From a virus: a stretch of 64,000 nt of DNA. The translations under genes were made by a program, and so were the position numbers. The stretch lies in IMG/VR virus record IMGVR_UViG_3300037483_001116, positions 94,019 to 158,018 of that record. One strand, 5' to 3'. The notes under the pieces were generated by a model that ran no database searches, was not told the DNA's origin, and saw only the letters and a list, made by a program, of their open reading frames with translations. Position 1 is the stretch's first letter. Each line of letters opens with the position of its first letter. Positions 48,051 through 57,986 of this stretch are shown here, in pieces.

Positions 48051-50567
48051 CAGATAGAGAAGGTGCTTTTCATTGACCGTACTCTATATTCTTCGTACAG
48101 GTCCGGCCGCGAAGCCTTGAAGAGATCCAGGTTGAACTTCTTCTCAACCACTTCGGTTACGAAGGTACGGTACGTGTCCGGGTACGTTTTCTTGAAGTCG
48201 GTGCCGCGGAACCGGTCTTCGTACCGGTAGGTGAGGACTTTGATGCCGTCGATGGTGCCGAGGGTCGCGTCGCCCATGACCTCAGTTAAAGCCTCTTGGG
48301 CTTTGGCGTATTCTTTCTGCCAGAATTTGATGTTGTCCGAGCATTCGGCCAGCTTCTTCAGCTTGGCGACGTGTGCGTCGAGGGCAACGGTTTCTTCTTC
48401 TGGCTGTGGTAATTCGTCGATCATTATTCTTCCTCCCGCGGTTGAAATTCGGTGCATTCGTAGTCGTGGCGAACGAGCCGCGTCCGAACCCATTCGGTGG
48501 GCGTAAATCCCATGAAGCCGGCCAGGATGAGGGGGCAGTCTTGGTTGGTGTCTTTGATGCAACGTTCGCACCAGTCAGTGGACCAGATGTCCCAGGAGGT
48601 GTTGTTGGAAAACGCCGGCCGCTCGGGGGCATCTTCGAGGATTTCTTCCAGGCTGCGCATCTGGCTCCTAGAACAGGGCTACGTCTTCGTCAAGCGGGAC
48701 AGCCTTCGACTTGATGACCGAGCGGTTGGTGCCCATGCAGGTCGGGCACACGTGGGTGTCTATCGGCTTGCCGGTGAGGCTTTCGCCTTGAAAAACGTGC
48801 CACCCTTTGGCCCTGGCCGCGTTGAGGACAATGACGCGTGGCCCCGGATACTCCAGGGCCACGGGGCACGAATCGCAGGACAGGTTGCCGGTGGGGAGCC
48901 ACATCAGCTCAGGTGCCAGGTCTGCATGAAATTGTGGGACGGTTTGACGTTGCCGTGCCGCGGCCGGTACTGATGCACCTTCTGGAGTCTGGGGATCCAG
49001 GTCCGGAGGGTGGTGGCGGGAACCGAGAACCACAGTCGACGGCATAAGTCGCCGGGTTGGGCGGCTAGCTCCTGGATAGTCACTTGATCTCCTCGAAGGT
49101 GAAGGCGACCGTTTCTATCATCCGCATGGGCTTGAGTTCCACTTCAGGGCCTTCGTCATCGATGCTGCGCCAGTCGCGGTCGCCGGAGGCCCGTTGATGG
49201 GTGTAGCCGTACAGTCCGCTGGTGGCCAGTTCTTCGATGACAAGGTTATGGATGGTGCCCCAGCGCCAGGTATCGACGATTTCGTTGCTACGAACGCGCC
49301 AGCCGTCGAGTTCTCCGCCCTCCGTCTCCCAGACCAGTTCTTTGAGTAAGTCTTTCTCGATGGTCTTCATTACGCCTGCCCTCGCATCCGTCGGAACCTA
49401 CGTCGGTCGAAGTCACCCATGCGTACCGCGGTGGGCAGGTGACCAAAGTGGTAGAAATCTTCGTCCGCTGGGCAGCGGTAGACTCGACATTTCCGGTCGA
49501 CTGTGGCAGCTGCCTTCTTGGCGTCACGTCTGGTCCGAAAGCACAGCTTGCCGCAGTTTTCACATGTCCAGATGCTGGCGTTCCGCATAGGGACCACGCA
49601 ACTCCCCTGCCAGCTGGAGCATGGTGTTGGCGACGCGGCCCTGGGTCTGCCCGATGGAGTCGTTCCAAGAGGCAACGGCGTCGCCAACATGGTCACTCAG
49701 CTTCCGATAGGCAAGGCCCCAGAGTTCGCGCTGAGAATCTGTGGTTTCACCGTTCCAGTTTTCCGCGGATAGGCCGAGGGCCAGCCACAGGGCCCCGTTG
49801 GCACAGCAGTAGGTGCGGCCGTCCACGATTTCAAATGGTTGACCTTGGGTCCAGCCGGCTTTGATGTGCTCAGCGGCGGCCTCCAGGATGTCGGCGGCGG
49901 CCTCGTCGGCGGGAACTTGAACCTTCATAGGTCCTCCAAAGTTTTGTTGGCGTAGTTCCTCACCACCGCCTCAAACCACTGCTGCAGGGCCACGAACATT
50001 TCCGCGGGGGTGCCGTCTACGCGGCCATGGTAGTGGGCCATGAGCTTGTTCGGGGACTGCCGGTCCAGGCGGCGGGTGACGTCTTCGATGGCTTGGACTT
50101 GCAGGTAGTGCCGGCGCTCGACGGTGAGGAGGAGTTGGGCTCGGTCGAGAACCTCCATGAGGGACAGGCCTAGTTCTTTGGCCCGTTTTTCGGCCAGAAG
50201 GAACCGGTCGTAGGTGGCCTGATCAACAGGCACTGGCAGCTCTAGTTTGGTCATTCAGGTATGCGACCAGCTGGGCGACGTCCCTGGCGTTGCCGTCGAA
50301 GATTACGAGGGCCTCTTCCTCGACGTCGCTGTAGACCGTGGCAACGTCGACGCAGAAGACGTGGGCACTACGGGCCAGGAGAGTCAGTTCCCCCTGGACG
50401 ACATCCTCGGGGCCGCTGATGACCATGTTGGTGGTGGTCCGCTGGTCCGGGGCATAGCTATGGAGCACCTGCTCCAGCTGCTCCAGCGTGTCCGACTTCT
50501 GTGGCACCATGCCTGGTCTCCTTGTCTTAGAAATAACCCTGGCGCCGGCCGCGACCTTGGATGTCAT
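48050..50567 (-). CDS. Run of small hypothetical genes (48050-48424, 48424-48660, 48668-49045, 49080-49370, 49370-~49590, 49560-49928, 49925-50254, 50223-50567)
   Basis: Coupled ORFs with phage-like composition; 49560-49928 has L..AA..I..GW.QG...C..GA...WND. Confidence 0.55.
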
Positions 50568-50583
50568 ACGGCCGGCGCCGTCC

Positions 50584-50621
50584 TACCCCCTCAGTATCAG
50601 GGGAAGGTGGGGGTGCGTCAA
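50584..50621 (-). promoter_or_regulatory. Sigma70-like promoter
   Basis: TTGACG-17nt-GATACT, followed by an AGGGGGTA box. Confidence 0.6.
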
Positions 50622-50652
50622 GGGTTGATCATGAAGAACCTTGGAACTAGCC

Positions 50653-51321
50653 TCAGTCCCTTGGCGCTGCGGGGAGTTCATGGGGCAGTTCCCCTGTCCA
50701 GCCGTCTGGCACGTACAGGTAGTCGCATGTGGCCGTGATCTGACGCCTCCCGGTCTCCAGATCGGGGGTCTTGACTAGGTCCAGTAGTTCAAGCTGACGC
50801 TCCACCCGGATGCCGTCTGGGGTATTCGGGTTCACGTACTCATCATCGATCACGCACTCGATGCTGTCGTACGTGGTCATCATTGGGTCTGGACCGTCGT
50901 CGAGGGTGTACGTGGCGGATACCCGGATGCGGCTTGGTTCGGCCCGGGGATAGCAGATGACGGCCAACTCCCACGGCGTCGTGTGAGTTGCCTCGTGCGG
51001 CTCGTTGTCGCGACCCGTCCACCAGGAACGATAGCCGATGCGGGTGTGCGTGTTCGTTTCGTCGGGGTTGATGAAGTCGTCGAGGAGGGTCACGCCAGGG
51101 AAGTCGGCCAAGCCTTCGGCTGACACCCGGAGTGTGAATGGAACACCGCTGAATCCCTCGGTGCCCGGGTGCAGGCTGTACACCGAAATGTCGGTGCGTA
51201 TCTCCCTGTCGGCACATGGACGGTCAGGCAGTCTCGTGGGCATCCAGCCACCGCAGCCGGTGACCAGTGCCCCCGCGAGCAGGGTGAGGAGAGCTGCTAT
51301 TGCAGCGGTCAAGGATTTCAT
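50653..51321 (-). CDS. Putative lipoprotein
   Basis: Lipobox VTGC; leaderless promoter upstream. Confidence 0.7.
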   Translation of the reverse strand: MKSLTAAIAALLTLLAGALVTGCGGWMPTRLPDRPCADREIRTDISVYSLHPGTEGFSGVPFTLRVSAEGLADFPGVTLLDDFINPDETNTHTRIGYRSWWTGRDNEPHEATHTTPWELAVICYPRAEPSRIRVSATYTLDDGPDPMMTTYDSIECVIDDEYVNPNTPDGIRVERQLELLDLVKTPDLETGRRQITATCDYLYVPDGWTGELPHELPAAPRD

Positions 51322-51328
51322 ATCGTGA

Positions 51329-51365
51329 ATGTTAGGGGGACGTAGGGGTACGGGTCAAGTACACT
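51329..51365. promoter_or_regulatory. Divergent overlapping leaderless promoters
   Basis: Minus strand: TTGACC-18nt-TAACAT-7nt-ATG. Plus strand: TACACT-7nt-ATG. Spacer contains TACCCCTACGT. Confidence 0.65.
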
Positions 51366-51372
51366 GACTGCC

Positions 51373-52140
51373 ATGAAGCCTTTGACCCGAGCATTGATCA
51401 CGCTCACAGCGGTTGGCGCTGCGGCGTTGACCTCAGCCACAGTGGCCAGCGCCGGCGCCAGCGCCAGCGGAGAGCCGATTCCGGTCGAGTCAGCCCGCCT
51501 ACAGGACTGGTATGTCAACCCCAACGAAGAGGCACTGCTGCCGGAGCAGCTGGAAGATGGCCTCCTGTTCGACGGCCCGTCGCTGGTCCACCACTCAACC
51601 AACCACACCTTGGCCACTGTGCCGACCGACGGGACTTTCGACGCCACGGTGGAGACCGGCGTGGCCCCCCCGTTCAAGATGGAGACCTGGGACCCGTACT
51701 CGACCTTGAACAAGACCGCAGACGGTAAGTGGTGGACCACGAAGATTGCCACCGGTGACGGCAGTTCCTCGGCCCCCGTGGACTCACCCGCGGACCTCAT
51801 CGGCAAAAGCTGGACCGACGACAGCGACGGGACCATGCAGACCTACACCGACGCCACGACGGTGTTTTCGTTCGGGGTCGGTTACGCCAACGACACCGGC
51901 AACAAGGCCCTCGTCTCGTCGATCACCTACGACGGCGAGAAGTACGACCTGACTTGCTGGCCGCCGGAGCCCACGACCACCGCCTCGGCCACCGCAGCTC
52001 CCGTGTCCGAGGCGGTGGCAATCCTGCCGGTCACCGGCGGCAACTCGACCAGCCTGATCCTGATTCTGATCGGGTTCCTGTTGACGGTTCTTGGCGGTGT
52101 GGCCCTGATCGCGACACGTCGACGCCGAACTGACGTCTAG
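51373..52140 (+). CDS. Secreted, sortase-anchored (LPXTG) cell-wall protein
   Basis: N-terminal signal peptide; LPVTG, hydrophobic TM and RRRR tail. Confidence 0.85.
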   Translation: MKPLTRALITLTAVGAAALTSATVASAGASASGEPIPVESARLQDWYVNPNEEALLPEQLEDGLLFDGPSLVHHSTNHTLATVPTDGTFDATVETGVAPPFKMETWDPYSTLNKTADGKWWTTKIATGDGSSSAPVDSPADLIGKSWTDDSDGTMQTYTDATTVFSFGVGYANDTGNKALVSSITYDGEKYDLTCWPPEPTTTASATAAPVSEAVAILPVTGGNSTSLILILIGFLLTVLGGVALIATRRRRTDV

Positions 52141-52152
52141 CCCCCAAACCCC

Positions 52153-52186
52153 AGAAGCCCGACTCCTCGTCGAGGGTCGGGCTTCT
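52153..52186. terminator. Bidirectional terminator between convergent genes
   Basis: AGAAGCCCGAC(T)CCTC-GTC-GAGGGTCGGGCTTCT hairpin. Confidence 0.75.
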
Positions 52187-52190
52187 TCCT

Positions 52191-52628
52191 TTACGCGGAC
52201 CAGGGTAGTTCTTCAACCTCAATACCCGCAGCTCTGGCCTTTCGTGCACAGTCGATGGTTCCACGGCTGCCAGGCCCCGGGAATGCGAGGCATATTCTGG
52301 CGCCGAGGTTGACCATGTGGGCGTTGCGTTCTGGGCCCAGGAGCCGGCCGCCGATGCGTTCGGCTTCGTGTGGCTCCCAGCGCTGGCGTCGGTTAATGGC
52401 CCAGTGCTGGGCCCACTGGTCGACGCCGCCGTAGGGGCATTTTCCGTGGACGATGATGAGCTTGTGTTTTTCCCGGGGGATGCCGAACTTGTCCCAGAGA
52501 GAGTCGAGCTTGTTCCAGATGATGCTTCGGTGACTGGAAGGCCAGCCGCGCCAACCCGTGACCAGTACTCTAATCGGATCCTCTGGAAAGACTTCCCTCA
52601 AATCGGATCCAGCAACCCCTTGGCTCAT
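52191..52628 (-). CDS. SLOG/YspA-like (DUF2493-like) protein
   Basis: RVLVTG.R.W...IVHG.C..GVD...GP.RN..MV..GA..CLAFP...SRGT..C...A..AGI. Confidence 0.82.
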   Translation of the reverse strand: MSQGVAGSDLREVFPEDPIRVLVTGWRGWPSSHRSIIWNKLDSLWDKFGIPREKHKLIIVHGKCPYGGVDQWAQHWAINRRQRWEPHEAERIGGRLLGPERNAHMVNLGARICLAFPGPGSRGTIDCARKARAAGIEVEELPWSA

Positions 52629-52939
52629 GCGTATGGACGGCTTTCGGTCAATAATCTGGCCACGGTGGCCGCAGTCTGGCCGGTGTCTTTGGCGATGTCT
52701 TGGGATGTCATGCCATTTTCGCGGGCGGCTCGGGCGGCCGAGCGGCGGACGATTGCGGTGCCGCTCATCAAGTGGTCCCGCATCACGGCGATGACTTCCC
52801 CGGCGATGATGATGGTGTCAATTTCGTTGTGGCCGGTGAGGATGTTGGTCAAACACTCCCTGAGTTGACTCTGGGCTTCGGTGTCGACCCACTCGTCCGG
52901 TGGCCGTAATGCGTGTTCGACGAGTTGGTCTTCGGTCAT
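52625..52939 (-). CDS. HTH-like DNA-binding protein
   Basis: C-terminal GMTSQDIAKDTGQTAATVARLL. Confidence 0.6.
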   Translation of the reverse strand: MTEDQLVEHALRPPDEWVDTEAQSQLRECLTNILTGHNEIDTIIIAGEVIAVMRDHLMSGTAIVRRSAARAARENGMTSQDIAKDTGQTAATVARLLTESRPYA

Positions 52940-53003
52940 GTGGCGACCTCCTGGCTACGGTCTTGGCGGGATGCGAAGATCGTAGCGCAGGGGGACGTCC
53001 GGG

Positions 53004-56000
53004 TCACGATCCTGAGCTGGGGTTTTCCTCGCCAGGATCGTCCGAGTCCCACCACCATGGGGCGTTGTCGTACAACACGTCGAAGTCCGTGTCCCCGGGC
53101 TTCAGGTAGGCGGAACAGCCGAAGCAGGAAAGTCCTCGGGGGTCAGGAAGGTGGCACTGGCCGCAGTCGCATTGTCCCTGCCGGTTTTCGCGTTCCCATC
53201 GGTGCGTGTGCGGCATTTACGACTCTTGCTCTTGGGATCTGCGGTCACATTCGTCGGCGAAGGCGTCGACGATGCCTGTCTTGCACAGCAGTCGCAGGCC
53301 CCAGTCGGCGTGCCAGCGCCATTCCCAGTGCTTGTCCATGTCCGGAAACCGCGGCACCCAGGCCGGTGGCGCAAGTCTGGGCCTCCTAACGGTGTAGAAG
53401 CGACAGTAACCGGGGATCCAGTCGAGGGCCCACATGGTGAATCTGCACAGCTGGAACAGGGCTCGGTTCATGGGCGGCGGCGTCGTCACTCATGGGCCTC
53501 CATCTGCCGCAGGTACATTTCGACCATGTCCTTGAGGAGTACCACCAGCATCCAGCGTAGGTCGTCTTCGTCCATGACCTGCAGGAAGTAGTCCATTTGG
53601 CTAGGGACACAGTAGGGCGGACAGTCGTGGCCGTCTTCGCGGTGCTCTCTGACAATGAACAGGAAGACGTTGATGGCGTCCCGGATGGCCATGACGTTGG
53701 TGGCGGCGACAACGTGTTCCTCTAGGCCAAATCCTTGACTCTGGAGGAAAGGCTCAGGGGCAAGCTGTTCGGGGGTGGGCTGCTCAGGGGCAACGCCCTC
53801 CGGTTCTTTACTCCGATGTCTCGTCCATGGCCACTTCATCGTCATCCCTCATCGAGTGAAACAGTTCTTTAATTTCTGCTGGCGTCAAAGTGCCATGGAC
53901 TTTGCAGAATCGACATTCTTTACCTCGATTGGAGCCTACGGCGTAAAGGATGTCGGTGTGCTTCTTGAGCCAACGACAGCGCAAAGATCCAATCCACCAT
54001 CGGATCTTATTGATCATGGGCTGACGTCTTGGATCATGGCTTCCAGTCGGCGGATGGTCTCGATCATGGCGTCGTGTTGCTCCGCAGGGGTCAGTGGTTC
54101 CCACGGATCCTGCCGGCAACGGGCACAGTCATATACCGGATGGTGGTAGACGGTGACCAGGTGGTAGCAGTCGGGCCGATCGTCTGCGTCTGGATGGCAC
54201 AGCGGCAGGTCGCCGATCCCGCCATAACCACCCTCACTGTCTCTCGTTCTGCGCCCACAGTGGACACAAACATCTGGCCTGAGCACTTCGACTACCACTG
54301 CCCCTCCCTCAGGTTCTGGGTGCTACTCAGAGGTTTTCTTGGATGATCTTCTTGGCCTCATTGATCATGGAGCACACGTCGTACACCGCGTTCCGCAAAG
54401 TGCGGTTCGGGTTGGCCGGCATCTCCAGCTCCAAAACCATCGCCTCGATGGATTCGCGAATCTCCTGCTCCAAGCCAATGATCTTGGCCATGTTCAGGTC
54501 GATCTGGTCCCGCTGGCCAGCCATGGTCCGGACCTGCTCGGCGCTGGCGGCCTGCATGGCCAGCAGCGACTCCTCCACCACCACCCGCAAGGTCATGTTC
54601 GGGTCCCGTTCCAAACCGAAAGAATCCTGGGCCTGCTGAACAGCGTTGCGGATGGTGCGGCCCTGCTCCTCGACTTTCGACTCGAGGACCCGGACCCGGT
54701 CTTTGAGGGCGATCTCATTGCGGGCCCACTGGGATAAGGCGGCCTGGATGTCTTCCAGGCGCACTTCAGTCGCCACAGTCACACTCCGGTTTCTTTCCAA
54801 GGTTCAGCACCGCTATGAAGATCAATACTGCGGCACCGAGGGTCATCATGGCCATACCTAGCACTCTAAAGGCCTCGGTGTGTCCGGTCGGGTTGATGCT
54901 GTTGAGAAAAGTCAACATGTTTAGCTGTCTGGCCAATTCTGGACGAGTTCGGTAGCTTCTTCGGGCGTCAAGGGAATGTCGGAGACGATAACGGCAAACC
55001 AGTCGCCGTCGGTCTCGCCGTAGGTAACGTGGACGTCTTTGCCAACCACCCTGGAAATCGCAGCGGCTAGCCTAGTGAGGTCAACCGTTTCCTTCCAGTC
55101 CCAGCCGAGCATTTCGAGCCGAGGTTCAGCGGCGGCGACGGGGTTCGACACGTCCCTCCTTGAAGGCTTTGATCAATTCAATGGTGGTCGGTTCGGTGCG
55201 TTCATCTTTGCTGATGACCCCGAGCTGGGCCAACTCGTCATAGGCGCCCTGAATAGCGGTGTAGCAGATGCCCAGCTCGGCGGCCTTCTGGCCGCGGAAA
55301 GTGGCTCGTTCCACGCCGCCGAAGGGCCGTTCGTTGAGCACGGTCCAGGCCAGGTCCATGCGTTCATGGAGTTCGTCGAGGACGGCGCCGAGGGCCCTGG
55401 CCATGCCGGCCTGTCGGCTGCGGCCAGACTTGAGTGGGTCAACGGCCTTTTGGGCCTGTTCAACGCGCCGGACCATGGATTCATGGTTTACCTGTCGGTC
55501 GATCATTCCTGCTTCAGTTCCCTGGCCTCCTGGATCATGGCAACAACGGCCTCGTGCTTTCTCAGTTCGGGCCAGTCGATCTGCTGGCGTACCGTCTCGG
55601 CCAGTTCTAGGAGAAGGATCGGGGCTGCATCGTACTCGGTTCGTTGTTCGGCAAGGTCGGTCAACCAGTTGATAACAACGCCAAGTATGCGGTTGATGCG
55701 CCTCTCCTGTAGCCGACGCACGCCAGGGCTCAAGTGGGTGGAGTCGGGTACGGCAGAGTTCCAAGGTTCTGAGGCGTGGAGCATTTCCTGGAGAGTCTTC
55801 GGCCCGCCGGCTTTGACCTCCGCCTCCAGGGTCAATTCGGCGACAGCGACACCAGAAACAATTGCTGGTTCCTCGCTGGCCCGCGGGGTCAAGGTCAGCG
55901 GCGAATCGCCGGGCTCATCTTTCTTGAACATTGCTTCCTCTCTCCAGAATTGCTAAGCACTGCTTGCATTTTCCGCGTTCGGCTAAGCCTTCGGGGTCTG

Positions 56001-56307
56001 CCTGCCATCTAGCTGGGGCCGGAAGCAGGGTCAGGACTCCTTTGCCGCAGACTGCGTGCTGCATCGGGATTTTGGCCAGGTCGGCGTGACGGATGATGTG
56101 TTGTTTCTGGCCGGTAGCCAGGTAGAGCCAGGAGTAGTGGCCTTCGATGGTCATGACTTGGGCCTCCGGAGTGGGGTCCCATCTCGCGGCGAGGTGGTGG
56201 GTAGATCTTCCCTCGCCGAGGGCCCTGAGCGCTAGGGGATGGTGTGGGTGTCCATTTTCTGAAAATTCTGGGAGGTCACCCTGAACCCCAGGCATCGATA
56301 TTGACAA
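53004..56307 (-). CDS. Run of small hypothetical genes (e.g. 53004-53216, 53217-53489, 53486-53845, 54014-54298, 54327-54800, 54921-55151, 55126-~55500, 55503-55931, 55915-56307)
   Basis: Coupled ORFs; no recognisable domains. Confidence 0.5.
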
Positions 56308-56322
56308 AATGGTTCTATGTCC

Positions 56323-56825
56323 GCCTCGCCTGCCAGGCCACGCCCTACCCCACCCTACCTAGCCGTGCCTACCTAGCCGTGCCTACCTAGCCGTGCCTAC
56401 CTAGCCGTGCCTGCCTAGCCGTGCCTGCCTAGCCGTGCCTGCCTAGCCGTGCCTGCCTAGCCGTGCCTGCCTAGCCGTGCCTGCCTAGCCGTGCCTACCT
56501 AGCCGTGCCTGCCTAGCCGCGCCTCGCCATGCCTCGCCAGGCCTCGCCATGCCTCGCCAGGCCTCGCCAGGCCTGCCGCACCCTACCTACCCCCGCCCTG
56601 ACACACCTAGCCGGACCTGCCACACCCTGCCACACCATGCCGCGCCGGACGTTGCCTTACCGCACCCAGCCACACCTGCCGCACCAGACCCGACCGCACC
56701 CTGCCCCTGTGGTACCGCGCCCCACCTGCCGTGCCATGCCCCGCCGAGCCTTTCCGCAACACGCCGTGCCTGCCGTGCCATGCCACGCCGTACCGCAACA
56801 CGCCGCGCCGTACCATGCCTGCCGC
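56323..56825 (-). repeat. Pentamer array B: (GGY-NN)n on the minus strand with 4-nt punctuation; includes a 14-bp tandem expansion
   Basis: Plus strand parses as RCC-NN units broken by RCCT; 11 copies of RCCTAGCCGTGCCT at 56357-56510. Confidence 0.9.
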
Positions 56826-56830
56826 GAATC

Positions 56831-57253
56831 TCAGGCTTCAATACGCAGGTCGCCTTCAACGAGGTCCCAAAATTCCTCCAATTCCTCGTAACGGCGGCGC
56901 AAGGACTGCCAATCGCGTTGCATCTCGGCCAGCAGCAGCCGCCGCACCATCGGGTCCTGCATCACCACCGCGGTCGGTTCGTAGGCGTATTTCCTGGTCT
57001 CCGGGTCCTGGATGGCGTGGAAGGCCCGGATAGAAACGGGCTCTCCGCCCTTGGGGCTGGTGTAGCAGATCCGTACCGACCGGATCAGGTTGTGAGCCTG
57101 ATGCCTGCGGTATTTTTCAGCCGCCGCGGTGTCGTTCCACTCGAACCGGAGGTGGAGGGGGTGCTGTTCGTCGCGGGCCACGTCTACAACGAGCGCGGGG
57201 GTCAGCTGCCCGCGCTCGTTGTAGATGGCCTGCAGGTGTTCCCGCAGACTCAT
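56831..57253 (-). CDS. Conserved partner protein of the Cas7/RAMP-like gene (140 aa)
   Basis: LTP..VV..AR....PLH..FEW.D..AAE.YR..QA..LIRSV; located between the RAMP-like gene and array B. Confidence 0.8.
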   Translation of the reverse strand: MSLREHLQAIYNERGQLTPALVVDVARDEQHPLHLRFEWNDTAAAEKYRRHQAHNLIRSVRICYTSPKGGEPVSIRAFHAIQDPETRKYAYEPTAVVMQDPMVRRLLLAEMQRDWQSLRRRYEELEEFWDLVEGDLRIEA

Positions 57254-57262
57254 GGTGTCCTT

Positions 57263-57895
57263 CTACTTGTTGGTGAGGGCCTCGACGTCACGGTCCGGGT
57301 CGATCATGTAGGTGCCCATGTCGCCCTTCTTCTCTGGGCGCCATTCGCCGACGCCGACGCCCATGCCGCCAGCGTCGATGAGGGACAGCACCGACGCCTG
57401 GGTCAGCTGCGAGGTGACATAAGTGACCCGCAGTTCGGTTTTCCACTCCGAAAACTCGGGCCGGTACCGCAGGTCAGTGCCGCCGTTGCCGACCCGGACA
57501 ACATCTTCGCGCATCCTCGGCTCCCCCTCGATAACGGCAAGCTGCTGGCCGTCAACGCCGACTTCGCCGCGGAAGAACAGCACCTGCCGGAGCAGGGTCA
57601 TGGTGACCCCGGCGAAGAACCTGGCCCCACCGATGGTCGCGGCTTTGAACGCAATGACCGGCAGGCCGTAGCCGTCGCCGTTGGTGCGGTAGAACGCCGC
57701 CTCGTACTCAGCCTCCGGGTCCTTGGCCTGTTTGGGGGTTTTGCGGCCCTGCATGGCGTCCAGCATCTGCTTCTTCGCCTTTTCGGAGAAGCGGTGGATG
57801 ATCAACGGCGACGTGCCGACGATGGGAACGATGAGGGTCTCAGCGTCGATGCGGGGAATTTCGATGATGTTGGTGCCCGTTTTTGCTGCTGGCAT
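57263..57895 (-). CDS. Stand-alone Cas7/RAMP-like RNA-binding protein (210 aa; Vipr-like)
   Basis: GGAGAG RBS before ATG 57895. RAMP-like motifs IVGTSPLIIH, LP..AFKAA and RYRPEF..W; C-terminal Gly-rich loop GVGEWRPEKKGDMGTY. Confidence 0.75.
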   Translation of the reverse strand: MPAAKTGTNIIEIPRIDAETLIVPIVGTSPLIIHRFSEKAKKQMLDAMQGRKTPKQAKDPEAEYEAAFYRTNGDGYGLPVIAFKAATIGGARFFAGVTMTLLRQVLFFRGEVGVDGQQLAVIEGEPRMREDVVRVGNGGTDLRYRPEFSEWKTELRVTYVTSQLTQASVLSLIDAGGMGVGVGEWRPEKKGDMGTYMIDPDRDVEALTNK

Positions 57896-57986
57896 TGGTG
57901 AGTTCTCTCCAGATATTCCACTGTGGACAGTTCCCATGCCATACCGCGCCTTCCCCTCCAGCGAGGGGCCGTACTTTGGGGCCTTC

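Noticed and set aside
50576-50600. Possible self-target of an array B segment (GC-CT-TA-CC-CT-AC-TA-GG) in the TACCCCCT operator
   Set aside because: Only three consecutive dinucleotides match with 1-nt gaps, which is chance level. A full computational search is needed.
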